From Eledone cirrhosa (Eukaryota): DNA of 64,000 bases. The DNA lies in the NCBI GenBank assembly GCA_964016885.1, contig OZ024741.1, positions 76,198,001 through 76,262,000 of the forward strand. Direction: 5' to 3'. The notes beneath the pieces are model-generated. The model searched no databases, was not told the origin of the DNA, and saw only the letters and a list, made by a program, of their open reading frames with translations. Below are positions 63,317 through 64,000 of the stretch, one piece after another. Position numbers and translations under genes: made by a program. Each line of letters opens with the position of its first letter. The first letter of the stretch is position 1.

Positions 63317-63429
63317 ATTTATATATATATATATTTATATATATATTTATATATATATATATTTATATATATATTTATATATATATATATTTATATATAT
63401 ATTTATATATATATATATATATATATTTA

Positions 63430-64000
63430 TATCATCATCATCATCAACGTTTAACGTCCGTGTTCCACGCTTGCATGGGTTTAGACGGGGGTAGTCCCAC
63501 TTGAGGCAAGAGTGTTTGTCTTGCTCGCATAGGACTGTCTGGCAGGTTTTCTACAGTTGGATGCCCTTCCTAACGCCAACCACATTTACAGTGTGGAACT
63601 GGGAGGTTTTTACCGTGTTGCCTACACGGCCACATTACAGCGTGGACTGTGTGTTTTTTTGTCGTGACACCTACACGATCTCATTTGTTTCGGCCTGGAT
63701 GGTGTGGCACCAACATAACTTTACATAGAACGGGGTGGTGTGGATGGGGTGGGGGTGGTGGGACGGGGGAGTATTTTGTTAGAGATGCCTACTGGCTGTA
63801 GTAGGTTTTACTATGTATTTAGGTAAGGCGGGTCTTCTCTGTTACTGAGTACCGCCAAAGGTCTCGGTCCAGTGACATTGTCTTGGAGAGGTGTAAGTGT
63901 GTGAGGTCGGAGTTTATCAGCTCGTTCCATGTTTTTCTAGGTCTGCCTATTCCGTGGCTACCGTCTATCTTTATTGCCCTGCACTTTGTTATACAGCTAT
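63430..64000 (-). mobile_element. RTE subfamily B 3' end (continues beyond window)
   Basis: (ATC)n tail, 3' UTR and ORF C-terminus matching 59820-60040. Confidence 0.92.

Overview
AT-rich, repeat-dominated animal genomic DNA. The RTE LINEs, tRNA-derived SINEs and very long (TA)n tracts look cephalopod/Octopus-like, but this is inferred, not verified. No host gene is confidently identifiable, and almost all ORFs in the track are microsatellite or antisense artefacts. The window holds one intact RTE-clade LINE (46088-49207; APE + RT with an embedded PHD-type finger), several broken RTE copies, a CR1/L2-like LINE, a Tx1/L1-like LINE, SINEs and a probable Helitron. The main observation is that two unrelated tandem 'satellites' (466-bp unit at 1-5779 and 55287-56046; 310-bp unit at 61961-62988) carry one minimal type I hammerhead ribozyme motif per unit, with compensatory stem changes between the families. 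A third, different hammerhead lies at 61288-61345. The arrays end in (TA)n and have 5' fold-back inversions starting shortly downstream of the predicted cleavage site, suggesting non-autonomous retrozyme/Penelope-like RNA-mobilised elements. Separately, the young RTE family appears to carry a variable tandem array of ~400-bp monomers at its 5' end.
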